DNA from: an uncultured virus (IMG/VR IMGVR_UViG_3300020173_001350)
Lineage: Duplodnaviria; Heunggongvirae; Uroviricota; Caudoviricetes
IMG/VR virus record: IMGVR_UViG_3300020173_001350
Length of the DNA stretch: 60,113 bases
Direction: 5' to 3' (one strand)
Part shown: in pieces, positions 1-8,683 of the stretch
How positions within the stretch are numbered: position 1 is the stretch's first letter
How the letters are laid out: each line of letters opens with the position of its first letter
The notes under the pieces: model-generated
Database searches by the model: none
The model's input: only the letters and a program-made list of their open reading frames with translations
Told to the model about the DNA's origin: nothing
Position numbers and translations under genes: made by a program

Positions 1-1
1 A

Positions 2-1633
2 AGCTGATGTTTCACCTGCCGCAGAAAAAGTACCGATTGTTCTTGAATATTCAATATCAGATTTAGCCATGTTTACTCGTCCTACGACGGTAATGTCTTT
101 ATCTTCTATTGCCTTTCCTAATTCAGCAGACACAGCGTTTGTTATTATTTCACCATCGCCGCCTTCTGACATTTCAGTATCAATTCTATTAATACCTAGG
201 CTTAGTCTTAACGCATCGTCGGTTACAAGTGTGTGACCAAGACCAACCACCGTTGATGTTGCTTCGTAGTTATCACCCATCGAATGGTTAATGCGACCTA
301 CTGATACGCCATCAGCTATATTTAAATTGCGATGAGTATTTAATCCGATTAATTGCGATGCTTGATCCATACGTCCAACGAATGAACCTGGATCAGTTAC
401 AGTTACAACAGCATCATTACGAACAACTGTAGTTGATGTTGGAGTACCGTCTGTAACAACTTCGCTGCCGTCACTCATAGTATCAGTAGTTCTAACAAAG
501 CTTGTGGTTGTTACATCCATCGGTGTTGTTACAGTCGTAGTAGTTTCACGGTCAATAGTTTGAACACCGTCAGCTGTAGATGAGTCATGCGTTGTGATTG
601 CACCAGTTAAAACAGGTAGTGTTGTGCTTATTGCTTCTGATGTTGAAGTAATAGTTTCGGTTGCGGTACTTACAACTGTTGGTGCTCCGCCGCTTTCGGC
701 AGCATCTGTTGCTGATCCAACATCATCAAGTGACCACCCTGTAGGTAATTCACCAGGAGTACCACCGCCTGCTCCACCATCTACTGCATCATCAAGTGCA
801 TCAAACGCTGATGGGCCGAAGATATAAGCATATTTTGCTGTAAGAATGTCGCCTGTTGATACACCAGTCCAAGACCAACTAATACCAATAGTATCATCTG
901 AATTGCCGTAATTGACAGCATTGCCTTCGGCATCTGTATAACTTGTTCCGTTATATCCATCTGCTTCTGATGACCAACCATTGACGCCTGCAGTAGTGTT
1001 TGTATCCGTTGAATAAACACCTAATGCATACTTTGAAACAGTTGCTTCTGAAAAGGCAATGTTTGTATCAGGAACACCTGAATACCCAAGTACGTTATCT
1101 GTTGATGAACTATCTCCCGGCATACCTTGTGAGTCTGGGTCAATAAATTTACCATATGCTACAGTATCAGCATCAGAACCTGCGGTAATTTTTGTTTCAA
1201 CATCAATGTATGGTTTATTATCTTCTAATGTAAATGTATTTTCAACATTCCATGTACCGCCATCAACATCAACATCACCACTCCAAGTCATGCTGTCTGT
1301 GCCGTCTGTTAAACCGTCAGAGTCAACGATAGTTTTTGAGCCTGTATTATTATTTGCTTTATTTGTGCCATCTACCTTTAGTGCTTGTCCGTCAAACGGC
1401 GAGCCAGGCGTCAGATAATCATAACTAGAATTAAATGTACCCGAACCTTCAGGATCAAATAACAGGCCCGGTGATGTACTTCCGCCAGAGCCAAATGTGC
1501 CTGAGTCTTTATTAATGCCAGCTTTAACCCATTGGTTCTCAAGTAAACCGTGAGATGATGTTTGTAAACTCGAAGTATCAGCAATAGCCCAGCTTGGTAT
1601 GACTAATGCAGTTGTTAATAGTAAATGTTTCAT
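2..1633 (-). CDS. Secreted/outer-membrane autotransporter-like protein, truncated at window edge
   Basis: Not in ORF track because it runs off the edge. My translation from ATG 1633 (ATGA overlap with upstream stop): signal peptide MKHLLLTTALVIPSWAIA, G/S/T/D-rich passenger, Thr-rich linker, then amphipathic beta-strands (STVVGLGHTL, LRLSLGINRI, VSAELGKAI). Confidence 0.65.
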   Translation of the reverse strand, partial: MKHLLLTTALVIPSWAIADTSSLQTSSHGLLENQWVKAGINKDSGTFGSGGSTSPGLLFDPEGSGTFNSSYDYLTPGSPFDGQALKVDGTNKANNNTGSKTIVDSDGLTDGTDSMTWSGDVDVDGGTWNVENTFTLEDNKPYIDVETKITAGSDADTVAYGKFIDPDSQGMPGDSSSTDNVLGYSGVPDTNIAFSEATVSKYALGVYSTDTNTTAGVNGWSSEADGYNGTSYTDAEGNAVNYGNSDDTIGISWSWTGVSTGDILTAKYAYIFGPSAFDALDDAVDGGAGGGTPGELPTGWSLDDVGSATDAAESGGAPTVVSTATETITSTSEAISTTLPVLTGAITTHDSSTADGVQTIDRETTTTVTTPMDVTTTSFVRTTDTMSDGSEVVTDGTPTSTTVVRNDAVVTVTDPGSFVGRMDQASQLIGLNTHRNLNIADGVSVGRINHSMGDNYEATSTVVGLGHTLVTDDALRLSLGINRIDTEMSEGGDGEIITNAVSAELGKAIEDKDITVVGRVNMAKSDIEYSRTIGTFSAAGETSA

Positions 1634-1992
1634 TGCTTCTCCCGTGGATTTAGTATAAATTCTATTCCTAATACAATTCCTCCTCGAGCTGCAGAGCCGT
1701 CGGATTCAAATGCCGTAGTCCCAAATAATCTTATATTATCCACGTAATCGTAGGTTACCCTACCATAAGGAGCTATTGGATGTGGCCTATAGCCTGTAGC
1801 CACACCTCCTTCTATTGCAATATCACCATAACTATATTTTATTCCTGAGTATACACTCAATTTTTCGACGCTGTTATAATATGCGCCTGCGATATATTTA
1901 TCATTAGTTAATCTTATATGAGGATGAATTTCATTATAATCTTGAGAAAGACCCAAATGTGTTGACAAAGCCAAACTTAAAATTAAATCCAT
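1630..1992 (-). CDS. Small putative outer-membrane beta-barrel protein
   Basis: Alternating aromatic/Gly beta-strands (AGAYYNS, SVYSGIKY, GGVATGY, IVLGIEF); translationally coupled in operon. Confidence 0.5.
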   Translation of the reverse strand: MDLILSLALSTHLGLSQDYNEIHPHIRLTNDKYIAGAYYNSVEKLSVYSGIKYSYGDIAIEGGVATGYRPHPIAPYGRVTYDYVDNIRLFGTTAFESDGSAARGGIVLGIEFILNPREKQ

Positions 1993-2102
1993 TACTCAGC
2001 CTGCTCAATATGTGTATCAATTTGGGTTGTTATTTTGTTTGCTGCCCACCAACCGAATGCTGTAAAAAATCCTGCTATGAAAAACGCGACGACTGTATCC
2101 AT
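1992..2102 (-). CDS. 36-aa single-TM membrane protein
   Basis: MDTVVAFFIAGFFTAFGWWAANKITTQIDTHIEQAE; stop overlaps next ATG; fills the operon gap. Confidence 0.55.
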   Translation of the reverse strand: MDTVVAFFIAGFFTAFGWWAANKITTQIDTHIEQAE

Positions 2103-2110
2103 TACTTCTC

Positions 2111-2953
2111 CTAGTTGTGTTGCTCGACACTTACGACACATCCATTTGGATCATTACATACACCACTTAAAGAAAATGATTTAGCAGAAGTGTCGGTTTG
2201 TTGGCTAAGTGTTACATTATAGGCAGGACCATATATGCTTTCTACTGAAATGGTTGCTGACGCTGAATTTGTTCCACGTTGGTTTACATCAATTACGTTA
2301 TAGTTGCCAGAAACTTCAATGGTTGCAGTTTTTTGTCCGCCATCACCACGCTGATAAGTTGTAACATCATTACCATCACCAGAAATATCAAGGTCCAATG
2401 TATGCTTTTGATTTCCTTTTTGTGTCATTCCAACATCATTGCTATCACCGGTAATTTCTGCGGTTAATTCATGCCTACCATAAGTTTGATTAATTTGTCC
2501 TTGATCAGTTTGTCCGGCCTTAATATCATTATAATCACCAGTAATGGTAACCGTTGCAGTGTGGTCACCGCCTTCTGACAAGTCAGTTGTACCATCAGGA
2601 TGCTTACCTTGCCACACCACCAGGTCATTATTATTACCTGTTACCATTGCAGTAATCATTCCGCTGTCACCACCGCCACCTTGATAAAAATCTATGTTAT
2701 TGTTATCACCATCTAACATTCCTGCGATACCATGATACTGTCCTATTTGTACCATATCAACCGTATTGTTGTCACCTTCAATACCTTTAGTCTGTCCACT
2801 TACACCAGTTATATAATTCTGACTGCCATCTTGGGTGATAGTTAACGTAAAGTCGTCACCTGTTTGATACATATAAACTTCATTTGGTCCACTATTTGAT
2901 TTGGATGATGTCAATATTATTATTACCAACGCCAAGACGGTAATCCCAAACAT
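2111..2953 (-). CDS. Curlin-repeat protein (CsgA/CsgB-like)
   Basis: Signal peptide from MFGITVLAL (start could be 2989); repeated xxQxGxxN units (ITQDGSQN, MTQKGNQKH, VNQRGTNS). Confidence 0.75.
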   Translation of the reverse strand: MFGITVLALVIIILTSSKSNSGPNEVYMYQTGDDFTLTITQDGSQNYITGVSGQTKGIEGDNNTVDMVQIGQYHGIAGMLDGDNNNIDFYQGGGGDSGMITAMVTGNNNDLVVWQGKHPDGTTDLSEGGDHTATVTITGDYNDIKAGQTDQGQINQTYGRHELTAEITGDSNDVGMTQKGNQKHTLDLDISGDGNDVTTYQRGDGGQKTATIEVSGNYNVIDVNQRGTNSASATISVESIYGPAYNVTLSQQTDTSAKSFSLSGVCNDPNGCVVSVEQHN

Positions 2954-4037
2954 ACTCGTCCTGTTGTTGGATATTAATCGTATATCCATATTGCTGCTCC
3001 ACATATATTCTTAGGTGGTGATAATAACCACTATCGTCTCTTTCAAAAATCCAACTAGGATCTTCTCTGTTTAAAGTAATTCTTGTTACAGGATCATAAC
3101 CTTCTTCTCTGAAATTAAAGAACTCGGCATTCTGTGCATCTAATTCACCCATAAGTCTTCGCATTAAAGCAATGTTTAATTGTTCAACCATGTCGTGTAG
3201 TAGTTCACCGAGATAATAATCACTATCTCTTAAATCAAACTCTGTTAACCATATGTCTTTAATACTATCGGATAAAATATCAACATCCAAACCGTCAAAA
3301 TTTAAGAAATCTATATCTAGGAAATCCGTCATTTGTTCTAATGGTTGCCCATCTTCTTCAAATAAAGGTTTTTTCTTTCTTAAAATCAAAAGGTTTGTTA
3401 TGTCACTTTCATTAAGCGCCAATAATAATGGCTTAGTTGGTTTTGTCCATCTGCTTTTTACTATTGTTGCCTGAAATGCTTTATTCATAATAACAAACCC
3501 GGTGTCAGACTCAACTGAAATTTCACCGGTCACGCAATTGGTTTTTCCGAGGGAGTCGATGGAACACGATGGTAATAATGTCACCATCGTGCCACCTATT
3601 TCATCAACCACCATAACGAAATCAGTACCACGTACACCTATCGTTGCTGACGGTGTTTTGATGCTGACGTTTCTTCTGCTGTTCTTTGCAATTGCTCCAG
3701 ACGCATAGCGTACTGTTCCCAATGTCGCACGTAATCCCAGCTTACCAGTCCCAGCATTTGGGTCATAAACGAAATCATCAATTACTAACCTTGCGTGTTC
3801 GGTAATATCGACTCTCGTATCATCAATAAAGTCGATTCGCATTCGGCCTTTTGCTGTGACGGCGGTATCCATGGGTTGCACCCCAACACCTTGGCCACCA
3901 TCAATAACATCTCTCCCACGCTCAATGACTCCTGATCCTGAAAATTCACCGATTGCCCCCGCATCTTCATCTACAGCGCCAAAGCATAAGCTCGGTATCA
4001 GCAGAATGGCAATGAAGCCAATAGTATGAAATTTCAT
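2892..4037 (-). CDS. FecR-domain periplasmic protein
   Basis: Signal peptide; FecR motifs DTAVTAKGRMRIDFIDDTRV and IKTPSATIGVRGTDF. Confidence 0.8.
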   Translation of the reverse strand: MKFHTIGFIAILLIPSLCFGAVDEDAGAIGEFSGSGVIERGRDVIDGGQGVGVQPMDTAVTAKGRMRIDFIDDTRVDITEHARLVIDDFVYDPNAGTGKLGLRATLGTVRYASGAIAKNSRRNVSIKTPSATIGVRGTDFVMVVDEIGGTMVTLLPSCSIDSLGKTNCVTGEISVESDTGFVIMNKAFQATIVKSRWTKPTKPLLLALNESDITNLLILRKKKPLFEEDGQPLEQMTDFLDIDFLNFDGLDVDILSDSIKDIWLTEFDLRDSDYYLGELLHDMVEQLNIALMRRLMGELDAQNAEFFNFREEGYDPVTRITLNREDPSWIFERDDSGYYHHLRIYVEQQYGYTINIQQQDEYVWDYRLGVGNNNIDIIQIK

Positions 4038-4774
4038 TAATCAGATTGTGTAATTTGAACATTTGCTGAATCTCCACTGAAAGTTGCGTTTACGAGATTA
4101 TCGTAAATACCGCTTTGAACAATAATAAAATCTCCGCCGCCACCAGTAACTGTAAGATCTACTTCATGCCCATTAACATCACCATCTCCTGTGCTGTCAA
4201 TAGCAATCAAGTTACCGGCACTATCAGCATTAACATCGTAAGTTAAATGTGTACGATCTGTACCTGCTGTAAGTAATGTTGCGCTTGAATTAACATTAAC
4301 ATCAAAATTCTGATTTGTGCCATCAGCATCAAGATAAAATGCGTTACCATCACCTGTAACAGTAAAGTCAGCAACTAAACTATCGGCATCTGCTGTTTCA
4401 CCAATGTAAATCTTAAAGTCAGAATCATCACCTATAACAGTAACATCAACCTGAACTGTTTCACAATTCAAACCTGATGCGGAATCACAAGTCATATCAA
4501 CAGTGTTATCGTCACCTGTAAATGCCCAAGTACCTGTGTAGTTGTTACCATCAATGATAACGTCAATCTTGTTAAAATCACCTGTTTGGGTGATATTAAA
4601 AGTCATTGTATCACCCGTCAAAGTTGCATCAGTGGTACTATCACCGAATTCGTTATCTTGCCCATCTTGTGTTATGTCTAAATCTAAATTGTCACCGCTT
4701 TGTGTAATGTAGATATCGTTGGCATAGGCTGCAGAACCAAACATCATCATAATCAAAAATATGAAATGCTTCAT
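4037..4774 (-). CDS. Curlin-repeat protein (CsgA/CsgB-like)
   Basis: Signal peptide ending AYA; IYITQSGDN, ITQDGQDN, ITQTGDFN repeats; directly downstream of csgG. Confidence 0.75.
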   Translation of the reverse strand: MKHFIFLIMMMFGSAAYANDIYITQSGDNLDLDITQDGQDNEFGDSTTDATLTGDTMTFNITQTGDFNKIDVIIDGNNYTGTWAFTGDDNTVDMTCDSASGLNCETVQVDVTVIGDDSDFKIYIGETADADSLVADFTVTGDGNAFYLDADGTNQNFDVNVNSSATLLTAGTDRTHLTYDVNADSAGNLIAIDSTGDGDVNGHEVDLTVTGGGGDFIIVQSGIYDNLVNATFSGDSANVQITQSD

Positions 4775-4776
4775 TT

Positions 4777-5589
4777 CTATCCTCTTATCTCTTTTATTTT
4801 ATACGACCATAATCCCTTATCGACCCCGTCTTTAACCAATTCTATCACACCCTGTTCTATTGCAGCCCTTACTGCATAGTTCACAGGTTCATTTACGGAA
4901 TACCCATTTTCAACCTCAATATTTTCTTGTCCTAAATCAATAAATTTAAATACATCGGTTGAAGATCTGTAACTTGCAATTGATTTCTCAGTTGCGATAC
5001 TCATTAACACCTTTCCTGAATTAACACTCACAAGTCTCATAACAACTGTTACTGTATCAACTCTATATTCTGTTGAGGCTCCGACTCCTAGGAATCTTGC
5101 ACCTACTCCACCGGCCGCGGTATCGGAGTCATAACCTACAACACCACCTTCAAGTAATAAGCCGGCAAATAACATTGGCTGTAAAGGTGTCGGGCCTTTT
5201 TCTTTTTCTTTTTCATATACTTCACGCGTTTGGCGAATAAGCTGTCTTTCTTTAATTAGATTATCAATGCCAACTCTTTCAACTACCTCAAACCATGTTT
5301 GATTGCCCACATCTTGTAATGCTTTAATTACCCAAACCTCAGCACCTTGAGTTACGGCACTTGATAATGATGAGTTGGAACTCGTCTTTCTTTGACCTGT
5401 CTTATCGGCAAATTCATAAACTGCAATTGTAATCTTTGGACCTGACAGTTCAGGAACGGCGAGTAATCTATCATCAATAGGACTTCCTGATAATGTTGGA
5501 GATTTATCAAGGTCACCTAAAACTTTCAAACTTCCGGGTGTTGCGCAGGCACTTAAAAAGAATATTAATATGAAGGGTAAAAATCTCAT
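4777..5589 (-). CDS. csgG: Curli secretion channel lipoprotein CsgG/HfaB family
   Basis: Lipobox FLSAC; IAVYEFADKTGQRK, SSAVTQGA, WFEVVER, LIKERQLIR, EGGVVGYD, NEPVNYAVRAAIE. Confidence 0.93.
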   Translation of the reverse strand: MRFLPFILIFFLSACATPGSLKVLGDLDKSPTLSGSPIDDRLLAVPELSGPKITIAVYEFADKTGQRKTSSNSSLSSAVTQGAEVWVIKALQDVGNQTWFEVVERVGIDNLIKERQLIRQTREVYEKEKEKGPTPLQPMLFAGLLLEGGVVGYDSDTAAGGVGARFLGVGASTEYRVDTVTVVMRLVSVNSGKVLMSIATEKSIASYRSSTDVFKFIDLGQENIEVENGYSVNEPVNYAVRAAIEQGVIELVKDGVDKGLWSYKIKEIRG

Positions 5590-6051
5590 TTAGAAATTAA
5601 ACTCCCCAGCACCTGGTATTGTGATTTCAGTAGTACTACCATCTGCTTCGGTAATCGTTAATGTGATAGAACCTGTTACCGGGTCTCTTAACCAAGCAAT
5701 CGTATTATCTTCAAGGTCAGTTGAACCGCTGTTGGAACAACTGTCGCCACAATCGGCAAACATAGCATCAACCATTTGTTTGGATAACGTAGCGTAAATT
5801 CTTGACTCTACGTTGCGAAGGAATTTGGCTAAAGTAGTATTTTCTGCTTCTCGCTCAAGTTCATCGGCAATACGTTGTTGCTCGTCTTTATAATCTTGTT
5901 TTCTGTTGTGAGAAAGTTGTTCAACCGACAAAACGTGAGTTGAATATCCATTACCATAATGAAAAGCGGGAGATTTAAATCCCCAAACTAATTCACTTGC
6001 TATTACCTGTGCCGGCATCATCACCGCCACTATTGTTAATATTTTCTTCAT
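5590..6051 (-). CDS. csgF: Curli assembly protein CsgF
   Basis: Signal peptide then ELVWGFKSPAF.GNG; ESRIYATLSKQ; C-terminal GSTTEITIP; adjacent to csgG. Confidence 0.85.
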   Translation of the reverse strand: MKKILTIVAVMMPAQVIASELVWGFKSPAFHYGNGYSTHVLSVEQLSHNRKQDYKDEQQRIADELEREAENTTLAKFLRNVESRIYATLSKQMVDAMFADCGDSCSNSGSTDLEDNTIAWLRDPVTGSITLTITEADGSTTEITIPGAGEFNF

Positions 6052-6373
6052 CTACAACCCCAGTTGAATTAAACGCTTTACTACCTGCCTGATATTCGGC
6101 AACCAACCTATGCAACTCATCTTGTCGCTTAGGATTTAGTTTTGACCTATATTCAAGTACCATAGATAACTTGCTATTAAGTCTAATCATATCATTATCA
6201 AGCATACGTACACGATCTACTAATTTAATCAAAGTAAACATCGCTTCACCTAGGACCGGATCAATTACTTCCGTAACCCATTTCCATATAAAAAATATAA
6301 AATAGCCCATTCCAAAAGCCGCAACTATAGGAAATCCATATTCACTTATGGCTCCTGCAATGTCAAATTCCAT
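5993..6373 (-). CDS. Membrane protein with GFPI motif and coiled coil (paralog of 6733-7011)
   Basis: EYGFPIVAA TM helix then DRVRMLDNDMIRL. Confidence 0.7.
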   Translation of the reverse strand: MEFDIAGAISEYGFPIVAAFGMGYFIFFIWKWVTEVIDPVLGEAMFTLIKLVDRVRMLDNDMIRLNSKLSMVLEYRSKLNPKRQDELHRLVAEYQAGSKAFNSTGVVDEENINNSGGDDAGTGNSK

Positions 6374-6374
6374 A

Positions 6375-6566
6375 TTATTCCTCGTTAATGTTTCCGTGAT
6401 GCATCAACCAACCATCTTCATTAACTATAAACTTATCGCCTGGTTTGTATAGATAATATTCTTTATCCGTACCGTCTTTTAGTTTTCCCATAACCTCTCC
6501 GGGCCAGTCACCTTTTATTTCAAAGTTTTTTCCAGCTTGATTAATCGCATATTCCATCCACATCAT
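6375..6566 (-). CDS. Hypothetical protein
   Basis: ORF packed within the operon. Confidence 0.6.
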   Translation of the reverse strand: MMWMEYAINQAGKNFEIKGDWPGEVMGKLKDGTDKEYYLYKPGDKFIVNEDGWLMHHGNINEE

Positions 6567-6733
6567 AGCGGCGGTCCTTCTTCAATTAACTCGAAGTAAC
6601 CGTTTGGGCCAACTCGATAAATGTCACCGATATTTAGTTTCACGTCGTCAATAACAAAAAATTTATCATCGTCGTTATTGAGAATGCGAAAACCATTTTT
6701 AAATTTCATTAATAGTAAATCTTTCCAAAGCAT
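6563..6733 (-). CDS. Hypothetical 56-aa protein
   Basis: MLWKDLLLMKFKNGFRIL...YFELIEEGPPL; start/stop overlaps with both neighbours. Confidence 0.6.
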   Translation of the reverse strand: MLWKDLLLMKFKNGFRILNNDDDKFFVIDDVKLNIGDIYRVGPNGYFELIEEGPPL

Positions 6734-7011
6734 TAATCTCTCCTTGCATCATCCTTGCCTTCATTTGCAGCTATGCGGTCAATGTTTGGTTTAACATTTA
6801 GAGCATAACTTAAAAGGGCATCAATTTTCACTAAATCGTTATTCATAGTCTGAACTCGGTTGTCCAAACCCGTCATAATATTTTTGAGGGAATTTACAGT
6901 GTCAGTAACGCTTGCAAGGATAAACTTAAGTGTGATAAATACAAATACACCGGCAGCTAGGGCACCAGCAATAGGGAAACCTACATCACCAACAAGCGTT
7001 AAAAAATCCAT
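6733..7011 (-). CDS. Membrane protein with GFPI motif and coiled coil
   Basis: DVGFPIAGALAA TM; DNRVQTMNNDLVKID; GAGGAG RBS. Confidence 0.75.
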   Translation of the reverse strand: MDFLTLVGDVGFPIAGALAAGVFVFITLKFILASVTDTVNSLKNIMTGLDNRVQTMNNDLVKIDALLSYALNVKPNIDRIAANEGKDDARRD

Positions 7012-7031
7012 AATTAATACTCCTCTACGGT

Positions 7032-7039
7032 TATTTATA
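7032..7039 (-). promoter_or_regulatory. T4-type late promoter TATAAATA heading the curli operon
   Basis: TATTTATA on + strand, about 20 nt upstream of ATG 7011. Confidence 0.75.
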
Positions 7040-7051
7040 AGGCAAAAGTTG

Positions 7052-7080
7052 TTGACAAAGTAAATAAAGTTTGATATAGT
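7052..7080 (+). promoter_or_regulatory. Sigma70-type promoter
   Basis: TTGACA-17 nt-TATAGT. Confidence 0.7.
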
Positions 7081-7088
7081 AGATACAG

Positions 7089-7397
7089 ATGAATAAGGAA
7101 TTGGATATGGTTACAAAATATGGCGGCCCACCTCTTGAACAAATGTATGATTGGGCACTTGAATACTTGAAAGATGACTACAGACGTGATGACATTACTT
7201 TAGAATCAGCACTTGATGATATTATGGATTCTATGGGTGTACTATATTTCATCATGGCAGCTGAGGAGAAGTTCTTTCCTGACGTTGATATTGATAACTA
7301 TGCGGTTAGATTATGGATTGATAGTGAACCGACTATCGGCCATATCATTGCTGCTTGTATTGAGCACGTCGAAGAACGGTTTGAACTTAATAAATAA
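7089..7397 (+). CDS. Acyl carrier protein-like (divergent)
   Basis: Acidic ~100 aa; ITLESALDDIMDSMGVLYFIMAAEEKF...TIGHII matches the ACP DS(L/M)...EExF...TVG pattern. Confidence 0.65.
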   Translation: MNKELDMVTKYGGPPLEQMYDWALEYLKDDYRRDDITLESALDDIMDSMGVLYFIMAAEEKFFPDVDIDNYAVRLWIDSEPTIGHIIAACIEHVEERFELNK

Positions 7398-7456
7398 TAC
7401 CTGAGCAACTTATATTATAATTCTTTGAGCTCTTAAATCATAAAAGGAATCAAAGA

Positions 7457-7921
7457 ATGTATGAATATAAAGCACACGTAACTAAAATCGTGGACGGTGA
7501 TACAGTGGATGTAGACATTGATCTAGGATTTGGTATTTGGATGAAAGATGAGCGAGTACGTATTATGGGTATTGATACTCCTGAGTCACGCACATCCGAT
7601 AAGGTTGAAAAGGTATTTGGATTAGCCGCAAAGAATAGACTAAAAGGCATCCTTGGCAAAACAACTACACTTAAAACATTTGCTGCAAAAGACGGTGAAG
7701 ATATGAAGGGTAAGTTTGGTCGTATCCTCGGTGATTTTATTGCTGAAGATGGTCGTATGGTAACTGCTATTATGATTAGTGAAGGTCATGCTGTACCATA
7801 TACAGGTGGATCAAAAGATGACACACAAGCAGCTCATAACACAAACCGAGCACGTCTGTTATCTGAAGGTGTTGTATCACAAGAGGAAGTTGATAAAGCA
7901 GCCGCTAAAATGAAAAAATAA
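7457..7921 (+). CDS. Thermonuclease (SNase-like)
   Basis: KIVDGDTVDV, RVRIMGIDTPE, GKFGRILG. Confidence 0.9.
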   Translation: MYEYKAHVTKIVDGDTVDVDIDLGFGIWMKDERVRIMGIDTPESRTSDKVEKVFGLAAKNRLKGILGKTTTLKTFAAKDGEDMKGKFGRILGDFIAEDGRMVTAIMISEGHAVPYTGGSKDDTQAAHNTNRARLLSEGVVSQEEVDKAAAKMKK

Positions 7922-7934
7922 AGGATATTATATT

Positions 7935-8645
7935 ATGAAAGATAAACGGATTAAATTTTCAGTTGATGAGTTTTTATCCGATGCAAGTGAATATCCGAAA
8001 CCTGCAGTCAAAACAATACCAAGTTGGTTTAAAAAGATATCTCCTGTTATAGAAGGAGTACAAATTGGGTCCGTCAAAAAATGTATTCCGTTTCTTGACG
8101 CAATGACTGCAGGTTATACCATTACTGCACACTGTGATCTTATGCTTGTCGGTTCTATTGAAAATGATAAACCCAAATGGGAAGCCTCATGGTCAAATGA
8201 CGGTTTGGAAAATTTAATTACCGACCACAATACTAATCAAGTTAACGGCCATCCGTATTTCACTGAACCTGCAATGGTACTCAAATACAATCAACATTTT
8301 ATAATTGAAACACCACCAGGTTATAGTTGTTTATTTACACCAATGTTAAATGATCCTACGTTACAATTAAGTGGTGTTTATTTCCAAACAGCAATTGTTG
8401 ATACCGATGAGTATAAAAACAATCAAGTTAACTTGCCATTCTTTTTTAGAAACTTTACAGGTCGACCTGTTATAATTAAAAAAGGAACACCACTTGTACA
8501 AGTTATTCCTTTTAAAAGAGAATCATGGAAATCTGAACAACATCATATAGACCAATCCGCACATAAAAAGTTTGTTAATAAACTAGCAACAATGTGGGTA
8601 GATCGGTACAAAAAAATGTTTTGGAAACAAAAAAACTTCAAATAA
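7935..8645 (+). CDS. Conserved phage protein, dUTPase-like beta-fold
   Basis: KKCIPFLDAMTAGY, IETPPGYSCLF, IVDTD, IKKGTPLVQVIPFKRE. Confidence 0.6.
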   Translation: MKDKRIKFSVDEFLSDASEYPKPAVKTIPSWFKKISPVIEGVQIGSVKKCIPFLDAMTAGYTITAHCDLMLVGSIENDKPKWEASWSNDGLENLITDHNTNQVNGHPYFTEPAMVLKYNQHFIIETPPGYSCLFTPMLNDPTLQLSGVYFQTAIVDTDEYKNNQVNLPFFFRNFTGRPVIIKKGTPLVQVIPFKRESWKSEQHHIDQSAHKKFVNKLATMWVDRYKKMFWKQKNFK

Positions 8646-8648
8646 CTA

Positions 8649-8678
8649 TTGACATTTACTATAGAATCAGTTATATTG
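8649..8678 (+). promoter_or_regulatory. Phage early promoter (TTGACA-17-TATATT with AGAATCAG spacer motif)
   Basis: Same motif at 22756 and 23621. Confidence 0.75.
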
Positions 8679-8683
8679 TTTAT

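Noticed and set aside
594..1418. Short alternative-frame ORFs (594-827, 781-1020, 1059-1418) and similar shadow ORFs across the window
   Set aside because: Overlap longer motif-bearing genes on the opposite strand or another frame; no RBS or motifs
1..7011. Bacterial host DNA or prophage junction explaining the curli genes
   Set aside because: Same AT-rich style, phage late promoter, tight packing with phage-type small ORFs; no integrase or att site seen
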